NCBI GenBank assembly: GCA_965207075.1
Contig: CBDBLO010000002.1
Coordinates: 1,632,001 to 1,696,000, forward strand
Direction of reading: 5' to 3'
DNA length: 64,000 nucleotides
Origin: Nitrosopumilus sp.
Lineage (GTDB): Archaea; Thermoproteota; Nitrososphaeria; Nitrososphaerales; Nitrosopumilaceae
The notes below the pieces were generated by a model. That model ran no database searches, was not told where the DNA came from, and saw nothing but the letters and a program-made list of their open reading frames with translations. Position 1 is the first letter of the stretch, and the number at the start of each line of letters is the position of its first letter. Shown here piece after piece: positions 29,645-39,636 of the stretch. A program made the position numbers and the translations under genes.

Positions 29645-30278
29645 CGCCGGGGATGCCGGCAGCAGAGTTATCAGAAAGGGAACAGAAAGGTGTGGCCGCG
29701 GCAGCGGGGGCGGCGAGAGTCATAATAGTGGCGGAGGCGGCAGCAGCCGCGGCAACGGCCGCAGCCGCAACATGTCGGCCGACAGAACCGCCAAAGGCAG
29801 AAGATACAGAAAGGAGAACGGCACGCGAGGCGCCGGCCGTCCGCCTGCCGCAGACGGCAACATGGCAGTGCGCACCACCGGCATAGTGACCGCGTTCGTG
29901 CGGGATGTCAGAACCGACAAGGTCCTGCTCCTGAGGCGCAGCAACAGGGTGAGGACCATGCGCGGCAAGTGGTCCGGGGTCAGCGGGATCATAGAGGGCA
30001 ACGAAAAACCCCTGAACCGCGCAAAGACGGAGATATTCGAGGAGGCGGGCATTACCAAAAGCAAGATCAGGCTGATAAGAAGCGCTGACGGCATACGGAT
30101 AAAGTCGCCGCAGTACAGGAACCACGAATGGGTCGTGTCGGCGTTCCTGTTTGAGGCCGACAGTCCTTCCGTAAGGCTCAACTGGGAGAACTCGGACTAC
30201 AGGTGGGTGAGGATATCAGAGATGGGCAAGTACGAGACCGTCCCCGACCTTTACAGGGTGATGTCCTGCCTGATATGA
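29634..30278 (+). CDS. NUDIX hydrolase (conserved core from about 29862)
   Basis: LLLRRS, WSGVSG, EIFEEAG, LNWEN; long G/R-rich N-terminal extension. Confidence 0.85.
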   Translation: MKSSAGDAGSRVIRKGTERCGRGSGGGESHNSGGGGSSRGNGRSRNMSADRTAKGRRYRKENGTRGAGRPPAADGNMAVRTTGIVTAFVRDVRTDKVLLLRRSNRVRTMRGKWSGVSGIIEGNEKPLNRAKTEIFEEAGITKSKIRLIRSADGIRIKSPQYRNHEWVVSAFLFEADSPSVRLNWENSDYRWVRISEMGKYETVPDLYRVMSCLI

Positions 30279-30454
30279 AGACAGGCGCGCAGATCAAACC
30301 GGCGATACCGATCTGTCATTGCGGGCTCGGGGCTCAGTAGCCTGCCCCAGCCACGCACAAGACTGGTGGCATAACCCGCCCGGAATGAACGTGCTCTGGA
30401 TCACGTCCGCATCCAGAGGCCCTTTCAAGATGATCCCGGGTGTCAGAACGGGCG

Positions 30455-31828
30455 CTATGATGGCAGGGTCGTGGCCGCGGCCGTGTTGCGGATCTCGGGT
30501 TTTGCGGATCCGCCGTCGCCGCTGTCGCCGTACTTTTTCTGCTGCGGCAGCATCATGTACACGCACGCCCCGCCGCACATCGTGCACGGCACGTTGTTTC
30601 CCGGGTGCTGCCCGGTCCTGCCGTGTATGCGCGCTGCCTCCTCGGGGTCGATTGAGAGCGCAATCTGCCGCTCCCAGTCAAGTGTGCGGCGGGCCTCGGT
30701 CATCGCGGCGTCCCACTTTATGGCCTTTTCACGCAGCTTGACAAGATCGCCGGCGTGTGCGGCAATCCTGTACGCGATGAGTCCCGCCTTTACCTCCTCC
30801 TCGTTTGGCAGCGCCAGATGCTCGGACGGCGTCAGGTAGCACAGCAGGTCGACGCCCTCGCTTGCCGACACGGCGGCGCCTATGGCGCTTGCGATGTGGT
30901 CGTGTCCGGACGCCACGTCGGTTACCAACGGGCCCAGTACGTAGTACGGCACGTCCCCGATCAGCGATTTTGCAAGCCGGACGTTTGCGGCCACCTCGTT
31001 GAGGGGCACGTGTCCGGGCCCCTCCACCATCACCTGCACGTCCTGCTCGTGGGCGCGCTTCGTGAGGCGCGATATGTTGATCATCTCCTGCACCTGCAGC
31101 TCGTCGTGCGAGTCCAAAATGGAGCCGGGCCTCAGCGCGTCGCCCAGGCTGAAAGTCACGTCGTACTTTTTTGCAATCTCCACAAGATAGTCATAGTGCT
31201 CGTAATAGGGATTCTCCTTGTCGTGCTTTAGCATCCACGCGGCCGTGATGGTGCCGCCCTTGCTGACCACCCCGCCGTGCCGCCTCACCTTTAGTATGCG
31301 CTTTGCAATGTCCTTGGTGATCCCGCAGTGGACAGTGGTATAGTCCACGCCGTCCTTTGCGTTGTTCTCAAACGCGTTAAGATAGTCGTCCTCAGTCAGG
31401 TTCAGCGGGTTTTTGTGCTCCTCGACGCCATAGTTGTACGCCTCGTATATGGGAACCGTCCCAAACGTTATCGGCGCCTCCTGCAGCAGCCTGCGCCGTA
31501 TTCCCTTGACGTCCCCCCCGTCGCTCAGATCCATTATGGTGTCGGCGTGGTACTTTACTGCCACCCGCGCCTTTGCAATTTCGCCTGGCAGGTCCACGTT
31601 GAGCGTGGAGGTCCCGATGTTGACGTTGACCTTTGTCTTGAGTCCGCGCCCTATCCCGACCCGGTGCACATGGGACTTTTGCGGGCGGGCGTTGTTGGCA
31701 GGTATGATAATGGCGCCAGACGCCATCTTTGATACCAGCCAGTCGGCAGAGACGTCCTCGTCACGCGCGACCTGCCTCATCTCCTCCGTGACTACACCGC
31801 GCCTTGCAGCGGCCATCTGGGTTGACAT
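30455..31828 (-). CDS. thiC: phosphomethylpyrimidine synthase
   Basis: KVNVNIGTS, SLGDALRPG, EGPGH, YLTPSEHL, CTMCG..C. Confidence 0.98.
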   Translation of the reverse strand: MSTQMAAARRGVVTEEMRQVARDEDVSADWLVSKMASGAIIIPANNARPQKSHVHRVGIGRGLKTKVNVNIGTSTLNVDLPGEIAKARVAVKYHADTIMDLSDGGDVKGIRRRLLQEAPITFGTVPIYEAYNYGVEEHKNPLNLTEDDYLNAFENNAKDGVDYTTVHCGITKDIAKRILKVRRHGGVVSKGGTITAAWMLKHDKENPYYEHYDYLVEIAKKYDVTFSLGDALRPGSILDSHDELQVQEMINISRLTKRAHEQDVQVMVEGPGHVPLNEVAANVRLAKSLIGDVPYYVLGPLVTDVASGHDHIASAIGAAVSASEGVDLLCYLTPSEHLALPNEEEVKAGLIAYRIAAHAGDLVKLREKAIKWDAAMTEARRTLDWERQIALSIDPEEAARIHGRTGQHPGNNVPCTMCGGACVYMMLPQQKKYGDSGDGGSAKPEIRNTAAATTLPS

Positions 31829-32130
31829 GCCATGCGCACGGGACGGCCCGATTTAAGTAGTAAGGAATGGCAACCGCCGCCCCGTTTGCGGCAGGGCGTG
31901 TCCGCAAATCCGCGCTCCAAAAAGCGCACCTGCACGTCACGGCCGGGGGGGGAGGTGTAACCCTGCCGACGGGAAGGAGCGCGGCGACCTCCAGGCCTGG
32001 CCCCCGATGCACTGAGAACGCCGGCAGGGCGGACATCCGACCTGCAGGGTACGCGCGTCCCGCGACGTGGTGTATGTGCTGAGCCGCGACACCCGGCCGT
32101 CCTTAAATACGGTATGGACGCACAGTACGC

Positions 32131-32229
32131 ATGAGGGCCATCAGGGTGTGCAGGCACTGCGGAGAAGAGTTCTACGACACGCGTGATGTCTTCTGCTCAT
32201 ACAAGTGCGCCTCGCAGTCATCAAGCTAG
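32131..32229 (+). CDS. 32-aa zinc-binding microprotein (not in ORF track)
   Basis: MRAIRVCRHCGEEFYDTRDVFCSYKCASQSSS; CTTAAATA box about 22 nt upstream. Confidence 0.75.
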   Translation: MRAIRVCRHCGEEFYDTRDVFCSYKCASQSSS

Positions 32230-32399
32230 CAGTGGTGGTGAGGGTGGCGGCGTGAAGGGGGCCGGCCGCAGCATGCAACATCAAGGGCGGCCAACGGGGC
32301 TACAGGCGTCATATGCGGTTGGGGAAGGCGCAGTATGCAGTAGACGGTTGCGGCTGCGGCTGCTGTTACCAGTCACCTAACCACAATGCAAAATAGCCC

Positions 32400-33836
32400 A
32401 TGCGCTCCATGTCACCCATGAACCTCCTGTCTATAGGTGGCTCCGATCCCTCGTCTGGGGCAGGCATCCAGGGCGACATCAGGACGTTCGGGGCTCACGG
32501 CGTCTACGGGCTGTCGGTAGTCACGGCCGTGACGTCCCAGAACACGTCCTCGTTTGTGGGGGCCGAGCCCGTCTCCCAGAGAATGCTAGAGTCGCAGCTC
32601 GACGCGATGCTGTCCGACTTTGAGGTGTCCGGGGTGGCGGTGGGAATGATATACACCTCGCGGGCCGTCAGGGCCGTGTCAAGGCGCCTGGCCGAACTGG
32701 CAGGCTCCGTGCCCATAGTGGCGGATCCCGTAATCGAGTCCACGACGGGAGGAACGCTCATGCGGCAGCCTGCGCTACGCGACTATGCAAGGCGCATAAT
32801 CCCACTTGCGACCGCGACGACCCCGAACGTGCAGGAGGCGCGCCTGCTGCTTGACTGCGCCCGGGGCGAAGGCAGAGGCGCGACCAAAGGGGCAGAAGGC
32901 GCCAGGACGCGCGCGGCGCATCCGGAACTCGACGGGGCCGCCGACGCATACGACAGGCTTGCGCTGCGGGTGGTGCACGAGCTTGGCGCAGGCTCTGCCG
33001 TGGTCACCGGCGTCAAGTCCGGCAATTATTATTACGACGTGGTCGCGGCTCGCGACGCCAGGGGAAGGACGAGGACGCGCCGCCTGCGCGGGCGGGCCGT
33101 GCCGTACGAGACGCACGGGGGCGGGTGCGCGTTTGCGGCCTCGCTTCTGTGCGGCCTTGCGTCCGGCATGCCGGTGACGGAATCGGCAAGGGGCGCGAAA
33201 AAATTTGTCGCGCGCCTCATGGGAAACGCCACCAATGCGGGAAAGGGCGCAGGCATTGCAGGAGATATTCACGCCCAGGATGGCGCAGGCATGTCCGGCG
33301 CCGCATCGGCCCTTGCAGGTGCGATAACGGAGTTTACGCGCATCAAGGGCATATACATGCACATACCAGAGTGCCAGACCAACTTTGTGCACTCCGAAAC
33401 GACGGGTCCGCGGAGCGCGGAAAATGTGCTTGGCATACGGGGCAGGATAGTCCGGACGGGCAGAAGGGTTGCAGTGGCGGGGGACATTGCATATGGCGGC
33501 TCAAAGCACGTGGCCGCGGCCCTGGTCGCCGCAAGCAGGAAATTCCCAAGGATAAGATCGGCAGTCAACATCAGATATGACAGGGGCACCATAGGCAGGA
33601 TCACGGGATCCGGGATGACCGTTGCGCGCTACGACAGGAGCCTCGAACCGGCAGGCACGAAGGCCAGGGGGTCGTCCGTGCAGTGGGGCGTCTCAGAGGC
33701 AATCAGGGACGCCGAGTCGGCCCCAGACGCGGTATGCCACGACGGCGACCACGGCAAGGAGCCCATGATCATAATATTCGGAGAGTCCCCCGACGACGTG
33801 CTGGCAAAGGTGCGGCAGGTAACCGCCCCCGCATGA
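32400..33836 (+). CDS. thiD: bifunctional HMP/HMP-P kinase and thiamine-phosphate synthase (ThiDN)
   Basis: GSDPSSGAGIQGD, TPN, HGGGC; C-terminal ThiN (IPECQTN, GGSKH, GKEPMI). Confidence 0.93.
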   Translation: MRSMSPMNLLSIGGSDPSSGAGIQGDIRTFGAHGVYGLSVVTAVTSQNTSSFVGAEPVSQRMLESQLDAMLSDFEVSGVAVGMIYTSRAVRAVSRRLAELAGSVPIVADPVIESTTGGTLMRQPALRDYARRIIPLATATTPNVQEARLLLDCARGEGRGATKGAEGARTRAAHPELDGAADAYDRLALRVVHELGAGSAVVTGVKSGNYYYDVVAARDARGRTRTRRLRGRAVPYETHGGGCAFAASLLCGLASGMPVTESARGAKKFVARLMGNATNAGKGAGIAGDIHAQDGAGMSGAASALAGAITEFTRIKGIYMHIPECQTNFVHSETTGPRSAENVLGIRGRIVRTGRRVAVAGDIAYGGSKHVAAALVAASRKFPRIRSAVNIRYDRGTIGRITGSGMTVARYDRSLEPAGTKARGSSVQWGVSEAIRDAESAPDAVCHDGDHGKEPMIIIFGESPDDVLAKVRQVTAPA

Positions 33837-33941
33837 GGGCGCCGGGGCGGGAGGGGGGGACATACGCGCCTGCGCCACGCGCGCAACACAGCACGCGCGA
33901 AGTCGCGAACATAAATAATGGCGCCAACGCCAGCACCCACG

Positions 33942-34646
33942 ATGAAGGCAATCATACTGGCAGGCGGCCTCGGAACCAGGCTCCAGCCGTACACCACGTT
34001 TCTGCCAAAGCCGATGCTGCCCCTGGGCGAAAAGCCGATACTGGAACATCTCGTAGACTGGATAAGGAAGAACGGCATCAAGTCCATGATAATATGCACC
34101 AGCTATCTGCGAAAGACCATCGAGGACTACTTCGAGGACGGCCAGAGGTTCGGCGTCAGCATAGAGTACGCGGCATCCACAAAGCCCCTTGCCACCGCGG
34201 GCCAGCTGAGGACCGCGGGCGACATGATAGACGAGACCTTTGTGTGCATGTACGGGGACGCGATATACGACTTTTCACTGAGGGGCATGATAAAGCACCA
34301 CAAGGAATCAAAGGCGTTTGCTACCATGGGCCTCAGCACGTACAAGACCAACCTGCCGTACGGGGTCATAGAGACGGCAGGATCCGGCAGGGTGACCGAC
34401 TGGAGGGAAAAGCCCGAGATTGCGGCCACGATAAACATGGGATGCTACGTAATGGAGCCGGGCATAATCAAGATGATTCCGGCAAACAAGCCGTACGGCA
34501 TGGACGCGCTCATCAAAAAGGCCATATCCCAGAAAAGGGCGGTGTCAGGGTACATCGCGCCAAGAAACAGTTTTCTGGACATCGGGGACAAAGAGTCCTA
34601 CGAGATGGCGCAGCAGGAGTACATAAAGCGCCTGGGCAAGATATGA
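33942..34646 (+). CDS. sugar-phosphate nucleotidyltransferase
   Basis: MKAIILAGGLGTRL.P.T..PKPML; CATAAATA box upstream. Confidence 0.92.
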   Translation: MKAIILAGGLGTRLQPYTTFLPKPMLPLGEKPILEHLVDWIRKNGIKSMIICTSYLRKTIEDYFEDGQRFGVSIEYAASTKPLATAGQLRTAGDMIDETFVCMYGDAIYDFSLRGMIKHHKESKAFATMGLSTYKTNLPYGVIETAGSGRVTDWREKPEIAATINMGCYVMEPGIIKMIPANKPYGMDALIKKAISQKRAVSGYIAPRNSFLDIGDKESYEMAQQEYIKRLGKI

Positions 34647-34730
34647 GCTCGCAGGCCAGTACAGCTGCGGCGACGGCTGCAGTGGAGCCGCGATGTCAAC
34701 AGTGGCGATGGCGGCAAGGCATGCGGCATG

Positions 34731-35171
34731 CTAGAAATACTCTTTTTTCGGCCGCCTCTTTCTGCGCTTGAAGAGGCGCGCGCCAAACGCCACCACGGGG
34801 GCCGACATCCCCATGAACACATAGGGGGTGATCGCCAGCGCGTCCGTGACGTACACCTCGTCTATCCTCTCAAGCATCACGTGGCACACGTACATTCCGG
34901 CCAGCATGACGGCGCCGCCGCCGATCAAAAGCAGGCCCACCGGCCTCGACCCATAATACCTGGACATGATGAACGCGATCGCCCCCATCACGCCGGCGGG
35001 CGCCGCGCCTATCGATATGAACTGGAGCAGCTTGGGATCGGCCTCAAAGGACAGCGCGTAGTCAAAGTCATCCGGCACGTCGGTCAGAAACCCATACACG
35101 CTTATCATGAGCCCCGAGAACATTGCAAAGAGCGCCAGACTTGCAAGCCCGAGCCATTTTTCAAGCGCCAT
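34731..35171 (-). CDS. hypothetical four-TM membrane protein
   Basis: Four hydrophobic segments and a basic C-terminus. Confidence 0.75.
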   Translation of the reverse strand: MALEKWLGLASLALFAMFSGLMISVYGFLTDVPDDFDYALSFEADPKLLQFISIGAAPAGVMGAIAFIMSRYYGSRPVGLLLIGGGAVMLAGMYVCHVMLERIDEVYVTDALAITPYVFMGMSAPVVAFGARLFKRRKRRPKKEYF

Positions 35172-35290
35172 CACGGCCGCACCGAGGCGTTGGCAAATAA
35201 ATCATTCAAGTCGGTGCGGGAATCCGCCTCCGCGCAAAAATCCCGGCGCGCCCGCCGAGCCTGCAGGTGGGGGCGGCGCAGCAGCAAGAC

Positions 35291-36304
35291 TCAACCAATG
35301 CCAACCATGTTTGCCAGCTCCTTTCTGCACGAGGCCCCCAGCCTTTTTGCCGCGTCCTCGGGAGACACGTCGTTGAGGTGTATGCCATACCCGCGCTCCA
35401 TGCCAGACCACTGCTTTGTTACGGGGTATACCTCGATGTGCCAGTGCATCAGGCGGCTGCTCTTGCGCTCCGCGGACAGGTGGAACACCATGCTGAACGT
35501 CACGTTCTTTATCATGCTTGCAAGCCCGCCAAGCGTGGCCCTGATCATCAGCGCCAGGTCCTCAATCTCCTTCTGCGACATCTTTGCAAAGCTGACCGCG
35601 TGCCTCTTGGGGGCGATGCAGAACTCAAACGGGTACGTCGGGGACCACGGGCAGTAGGCCACAAAGCTCTCAGTCTGCAGGACGCGCCTCAGCTGGTCGT
35701 CGCTCTCTATTATGTGGCACGTGGGGCACGTGCCGCGCTTCTCCTGCGTCCTCTTGTACGACTCCATCTCGTCGTTCACGGTCGGGGGAATCATCCGGAA
35801 CGATACGATGTTCAGGTGCGGGTGTACCTTTGACCTTCCCCTGAGCCCGCCGACGTGATCCGCGTATACGGCCACGTAGGCGACGCCCTTTTGCGTGTAA
35901 AGCCACCTAAGGCGGTCCTGCACCACTACGAGCGCGTTTGACCACTGCTCAGAGTCTATGGTGGCCAGCGTCTTTGAAGGATCCGGCGAGGCCACGAGCA
36001 CCAGGTGGTGCCCGTACGCCGGCTGGCTCTCAAACGGCTCCTTGCCATAATCGTTTCCGGCCGAAACGGACACGACGGGATTCTTGCTCTCAAAGACCCT
36101 GACGGCCCACCCCTTTACTATCTGGCCGTCTATGTCCTGCTGCCGCCGCAGTATGCCGTCCTTTATCACAAGGGAGAGCATCGAGGGGTTTGTCTTTTTC
36201 TCGTTTCCCGACGCGTATGCAGAGTTGGCGCCCACGCCCGAATCGTCCCCCTCATATATTATCATAAAGCGTTCCGAGGCGTAATCGACCCGTATGCTTC
36301 CCAT
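35291..36304 (-). CDS. galT: galactose-1-phosphate uridylyltransferase-like HIT-superfamily protein
   Basis: AYGHH, HPH, CPTC, HWHIE, GMERG. Confidence 0.82.
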   Translation of the reverse strand: MGSIRVDYASERFMIIYEGDDSGVGANSAYASGNEKKTNPSMLSLVIKDGILRRQQDIDGQIVKGWAVRVFESKNPVVSVSAGNDYGKEPFESQPAYGHHLVLVASPDPSKTLATIDSEQWSNALVVVQDRLRWLYTQKGVAYVAVYADHVGGLRGRSKVHPHLNIVSFRMIPPTVNDEMESYKRTQEKRGTCPTCHIIESDDQLRRVLQTESFVAYCPWSPTYPFEFCIAPKRHAVSFAKMSQKEIEDLALMIRATLGGLASMIKNVTFSMVFHLSAERKSSRLMHWHIEVYPVTKQWSGMERGYGIHLNDVSPEDAAKRLGASCRKELANMVGIG

Positions 36305-36716
36305 GCCAAGAGATACCGTATTGCTGTTAAAAAGTTTCCAGAAGGTTAGCGGCGGCGCAGGTGGCGCGGTGTCCGGTTGCCGCCCCGGCCCATGCGCGCA
36401 GCAGTGATCTCTGGAAATGGCGTCCGGGGATCATCGCAGATAGTACAAGAGCCGCGCATGAATCCGCGGCTCCTTCCCGGCTTGCTTTCCCCTCCTCCTG
36501 CTCCTGCTCCCTTCCCTTCCCTTCCATTCTCCTCCATTCCCCCCCCCCCCACCCCCTCCATCTCCACCACGCCTTCCCCCGTCCTGCCAGTCCCAAGCCA
36601 TGCCCGCAGGCAGGCGCCCAAACCGGAGCGCGCGCCAAGACGACAGTCCATGCAATTGCAACAGACCGCGGCAAAAGCAGCCAAGCTTTAAAACACAGCC
36701 CCGATTCTGCGAGTCA

Positions 36717-38111
36717 GTGTCTTCTTCTCGTTATGACGGCAGACATGACGGCAGCACCGCCGCTAATTATGGCGCCAGTCCGGGTGACGCTAACAATTCC
36801 GGCATCAGCATGATATACGTGCTGCTTGACGGGGTCGGGGACCTGCCGCACGCCGACCTTGGGGGCAGGACGCCGCTGGAGGCCGCATCCACGCCCGCAC
36901 TCGACGCAATAGCGTCAAACGGGGCGTCCGGCAGGGTGATATCAGTGGGCAAGGGAATCGCCCCGGAGTCGGATATTGCAGTATTCAACATGCTGGGATA
37001 CAAGTTCAGCCATGCAGACTATGCCGGGCGCGGCGTGATAGAGGCGATCGGCATAGGGATAGACTTTGCCGACGGGGACCTGGCCTTGCGCGGAAACTTT
37101 GCCACGCTTGACAGGGGCGGCGGCGACAACGTCATAACCGACAGGAGGGCCGGCAGGCACATAGAGCCGGCCGACTCGGAGGCCATATCAAGGGAGCTTG
37201 AGGAGAGCGTCAGGTTCTCGGACCCCCGCATGTCTGTAAAGGTCTCCCCGACCATCGGGCACCGCGTGACGGTCAGGCTGAGGAGGGGCGGCGGCAGGCC
37301 GTACTCGGCAAAGATATCAAACACGGATCCCGCGTACACCAACATCGGCGGGATGGGGGTCGCAAAGGCCGTTGCCGACTTTATGAAAGTCGAGAGGTGC
37401 GTCCCGCTTGACGGCTCGGGCGAGGCTGCGGCGGCCGCGGACGCGACAAACGAGTTCTCAGAGCAGGCAATCTCGATAATGGGGGGCAGTGAGATCAACG
37501 CGGCTCGCGTCGCGGCGGGGAAGAAGGAGCTCAGCTGCATACTGCTCCGAGACGCGGGCAGCAAGTACCCGCGAGTCGAGCCCATCAACCAGAGGTACGG
37601 GATGAACTTTTCATGCATAGTCGACATGCCAGTCGAGATAGGCATATCAAAGGTGCTCAGGATGAAGGCCTTCGAGGCCGGGGGCCTGACAGACTACGAG
37701 GAAAAGGCCAGGGTGGCCTCCGAGGCCATGGAGACCCAGAACGCGATATACGTCCACATCAAGGGCCCCGACGAGTTCGGGCACGACGGGGACGCAGTCG
37801 GGAAAAAGGAGAACATCGAGGAGATCGACAGGCGGTTCTTTGCAAGACTGCTTGACGGCATAGACACGTCGAGAACCGCAGTAGTGATCTCGGCGGACCA
37901 CTCGACGCCGTGCATAAACCACGGGCACAGCGACGACCCGGTGCCGGTGGTGATATCACACGACGGCATACCGGGGGACGGCACCACAAGAATGACAGAA
38001 TCCCAGGCGGCAAGGGGCAGGATAGGAATGCTTGCGGGGGCAGACGTGATCCCCACCGCGCTTGGCATGCTAAGGCGAATCGCTCAAGGAAGGGGCACGC
38101 GCCCCGATTGA
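36717..38111 (+). CDS. apgM: 2,3-BPG-independent phosphoglycerate mutase (archaeal)
   Basis: LLDGVGD, TPLEAA.TP, PESD, DEFGHDG, ADHSTP; start GTG 36717 or ATG 36810. Confidence 0.93.
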   Translation: MSSSRYDGRHDGSTAANYGASPGDANNSGISMIYVLLDGVGDLPHADLGGRTPLEAASTPALDAIASNGASGRVISVGKGIAPESDIAVFNMLGYKFSHADYAGRGVIEAIGIGIDFADGDLALRGNFATLDRGGGDNVITDRRAGRHIEPADSEAISRELEESVRFSDPRMSVKVSPTIGHRVTVRLRRGGGRPYSAKISNTDPAYTNIGGMGVAKAVADFMKVERCVPLDGSGEAAAAADATNEFSEQAISIMGGSEINAARVAAGKKELSCILLRDAGSKYPRVEPINQRYGMNFSCIVDMPVEIGISKVLRMKAFEAGGLTDYEEKARVASEAMETQNAIYVHIKGPDEFGHDGDAVGKKENIEEIDRRFFARLLDGIDTSRTAVVISADHSTPCINHGHSDDPVPVVISHDGIPGDGTTRMTESQAARGRIGMLAGADVIPTALGMLRRIAQGRGTRPD

Positions 38112-38220
38112 GAACCGCACGGCGAACAGCAGGCGGCCGCGTGCCACGCGGCCGCGTCGGCAGTTATTGATATTCCGGGTGTGCGGTGGGCGCACGGGCC
38201 CTGCAGCCCACAAGCGCGCG

Positions 38221-38790
38221 TCATATCTCGAACAGCGCCAGTTTCTTCGTTGTGCGCATATCAGATGCCCTCTCCCTGATCATGTCCACGTCTATGGCGT
38301 GATACTTGGAGGGGGACGTCCCAAGTTTTTCAAGGGCCCGCTTTAGCATCCTTATTCCTATCAGCGCCTCGTTTCTCTGGCCGTGCGCAAAGGCCACTGC
38401 GACCAGTATGATCCCCTGCACGAGCTCCTTTTCCCTGCCAAAGCACTGTTTCCAGACGCCCTCAAACGCCTCGTGGCTCTCCCAGAACCGCTCGCTGTTA
38501 AAGTAGAATATGCCGTCCCTTATGCCCTGCTCCTTTTCAATCTCCTCCTCTATCACGTGCCGTACGTTGTCGACGGGCCCGATCGGCGCCAGGTCCCTTG
38601 CCAGCTCATCAAGGCGTCCGGCCTCTACTGACACGTCAAGCTCTATGAACTGGGTTGCGATCCTTGCGACGCGCACAGAGGCGCCTGTCCGCATTCCCAG
38701 TCCGCGGGCCCTGTACACGACCCTGCGGGAGTCGCGGGGGCCGTACTTTCCGTCGTTTTTGAGGTGCAGCATGTACCTCTCCATGCGCAT
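38221..38790 (-). CDS. DUF309 domain protein
   Basis: FN.ERFWESHEAFEGVW, QGIILVAVA..H. Confidence 0.85.
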   Translation of the reverse strand: MRMERYMLHLKNDGKYGPRDSRRVVYRARGLGMRTGASVRVARIATQFIELDVSVEAGRLDELARDLAPIGPVDNVRHVIEEEIEKEQGIRDGIFYFNSERFWESHEAFEGVWKQCFGREKELVQGIILVAVAFAHGQRNEALIGIRMLKRALEKLGTSPSKYHAIDVDMIRERASDMRTTKKLALFEI

Positions 38791-39067
38791 AGCCGACAAC
38801 CCTTTTCATAAATTCCTTGTCTTGGGGCACGCACGAACGCACGCACAAACGCACAGACATGCAGGGCCCAACCCCGCATATGACAGGCACGCGCAGGCCT
38901 GCAAGAACCCACAGGATTACGAGTCCGCGTGTACCAACTGCCAAGGAGGGGTTGGCTGACTGTTATTTGCCATCCATGCGTTTTTCGCATCTCCCCTCCT
39001 ACACACATCCCCCCCCCCCACACACTGACTTTAGGTTTATATGAAATCTCTCGGGGGCACATGGTAC

Positions 39068-39457
39068 ATGTCAGTTGTGGGCAAGGTGTCTGATACCAAC
39101 AACGCGCTGCTATCAAGGCGCGAGATTACATGTGACTTTGCGGGCCTTGGCGGCAAACTCAGCAGGTTGGACGCAGTGGAGATGGTCTCAAAGGAGTACG
39201 GGTTGGACGGCAAGACGGTAATTCCGATGAGGCTCAGAAACCACGTCGGGAGGCCTGCAATAACGGGGCTGTTTTACGTATACGACGACGAGTCCTTGGC
39301 GCGCAAGCACGTCAATCCCACCATATTCGCAAGGCTTGAGAAAAGCAGGGCAAAAAAGGCAGAGGAAGAGGGGGCGGCCCAAGACGGCGATAACGCAGAG
39401 CCCGAGGCCTCTGCGGACGAATCATCAGGCGGCAAGGAAGCGGAGGCTGCATCGTAA
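39068..39457 (+). CDS. rps24e: 30S ribosomal protein S24e
   Basis: NALLSRREI, YVYDD; coupled to S27ae. Confidence 0.9.
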   Translation: MSVVGKVSDTNNALLSRREITCDFAGLGGKLSRLDAVEMVSKEYGLDGKTVIPMRLRNHVGRPAITGLFYVYDDESLARKHVNPTIFARLEKSRAKKAEEEGAAQDGDNAEPEASADESSGGKEAEAAS

Positions 39458-39633
39458 TGGGAGACGGCAAGAAGGGCTCGAGTCCCAGAATCAGCAGTTA
39501 TTACAAGTTGGACGGCGACAGCCTCAGCCGTACAAAAAAGATCTGCTCCCGGTGCGGCAAGGGCGTATTCATGTCAGAGCACAAGGACAGGCACGCGTGC
39601 GGCAAGTGCGGACTTACCGAGTTCAAGCAATAG
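39457..39633 (+). CDS. rps27ae: 30S ribosomal protein S27ae (not in ORF track)
   Basis: MGDGKKGSSPRISSYYKLDGDSLSRTKKICSRCGKGVFMSEHKDRHACGKCGLTEFKQ. Confidence 0.96.
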   Translation: MGDGKKGSSPRISSYYKLDGDSLSRTKKICSRCGKGVFMSEHKDRHACGKCGLTEFKQ

Positions 39634-39636
39634 GCG

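Noticed and set aside
30280-30454. Structured RNA or 3' riboswitch after thiC (hairpin CTCTGGAT/ATCCAGAG)
   Set aside because: No TPP consensus; hairpins are expected in GC-rich convergent spacers
31829-32100. TPP riboswitch upstream of thiC
   Set aside because: thiC has a TATA about 23 nt from its ATG (leaderless); the CTGAGA/GACCTG words are on the opposite strand and lack the rest of the consensus
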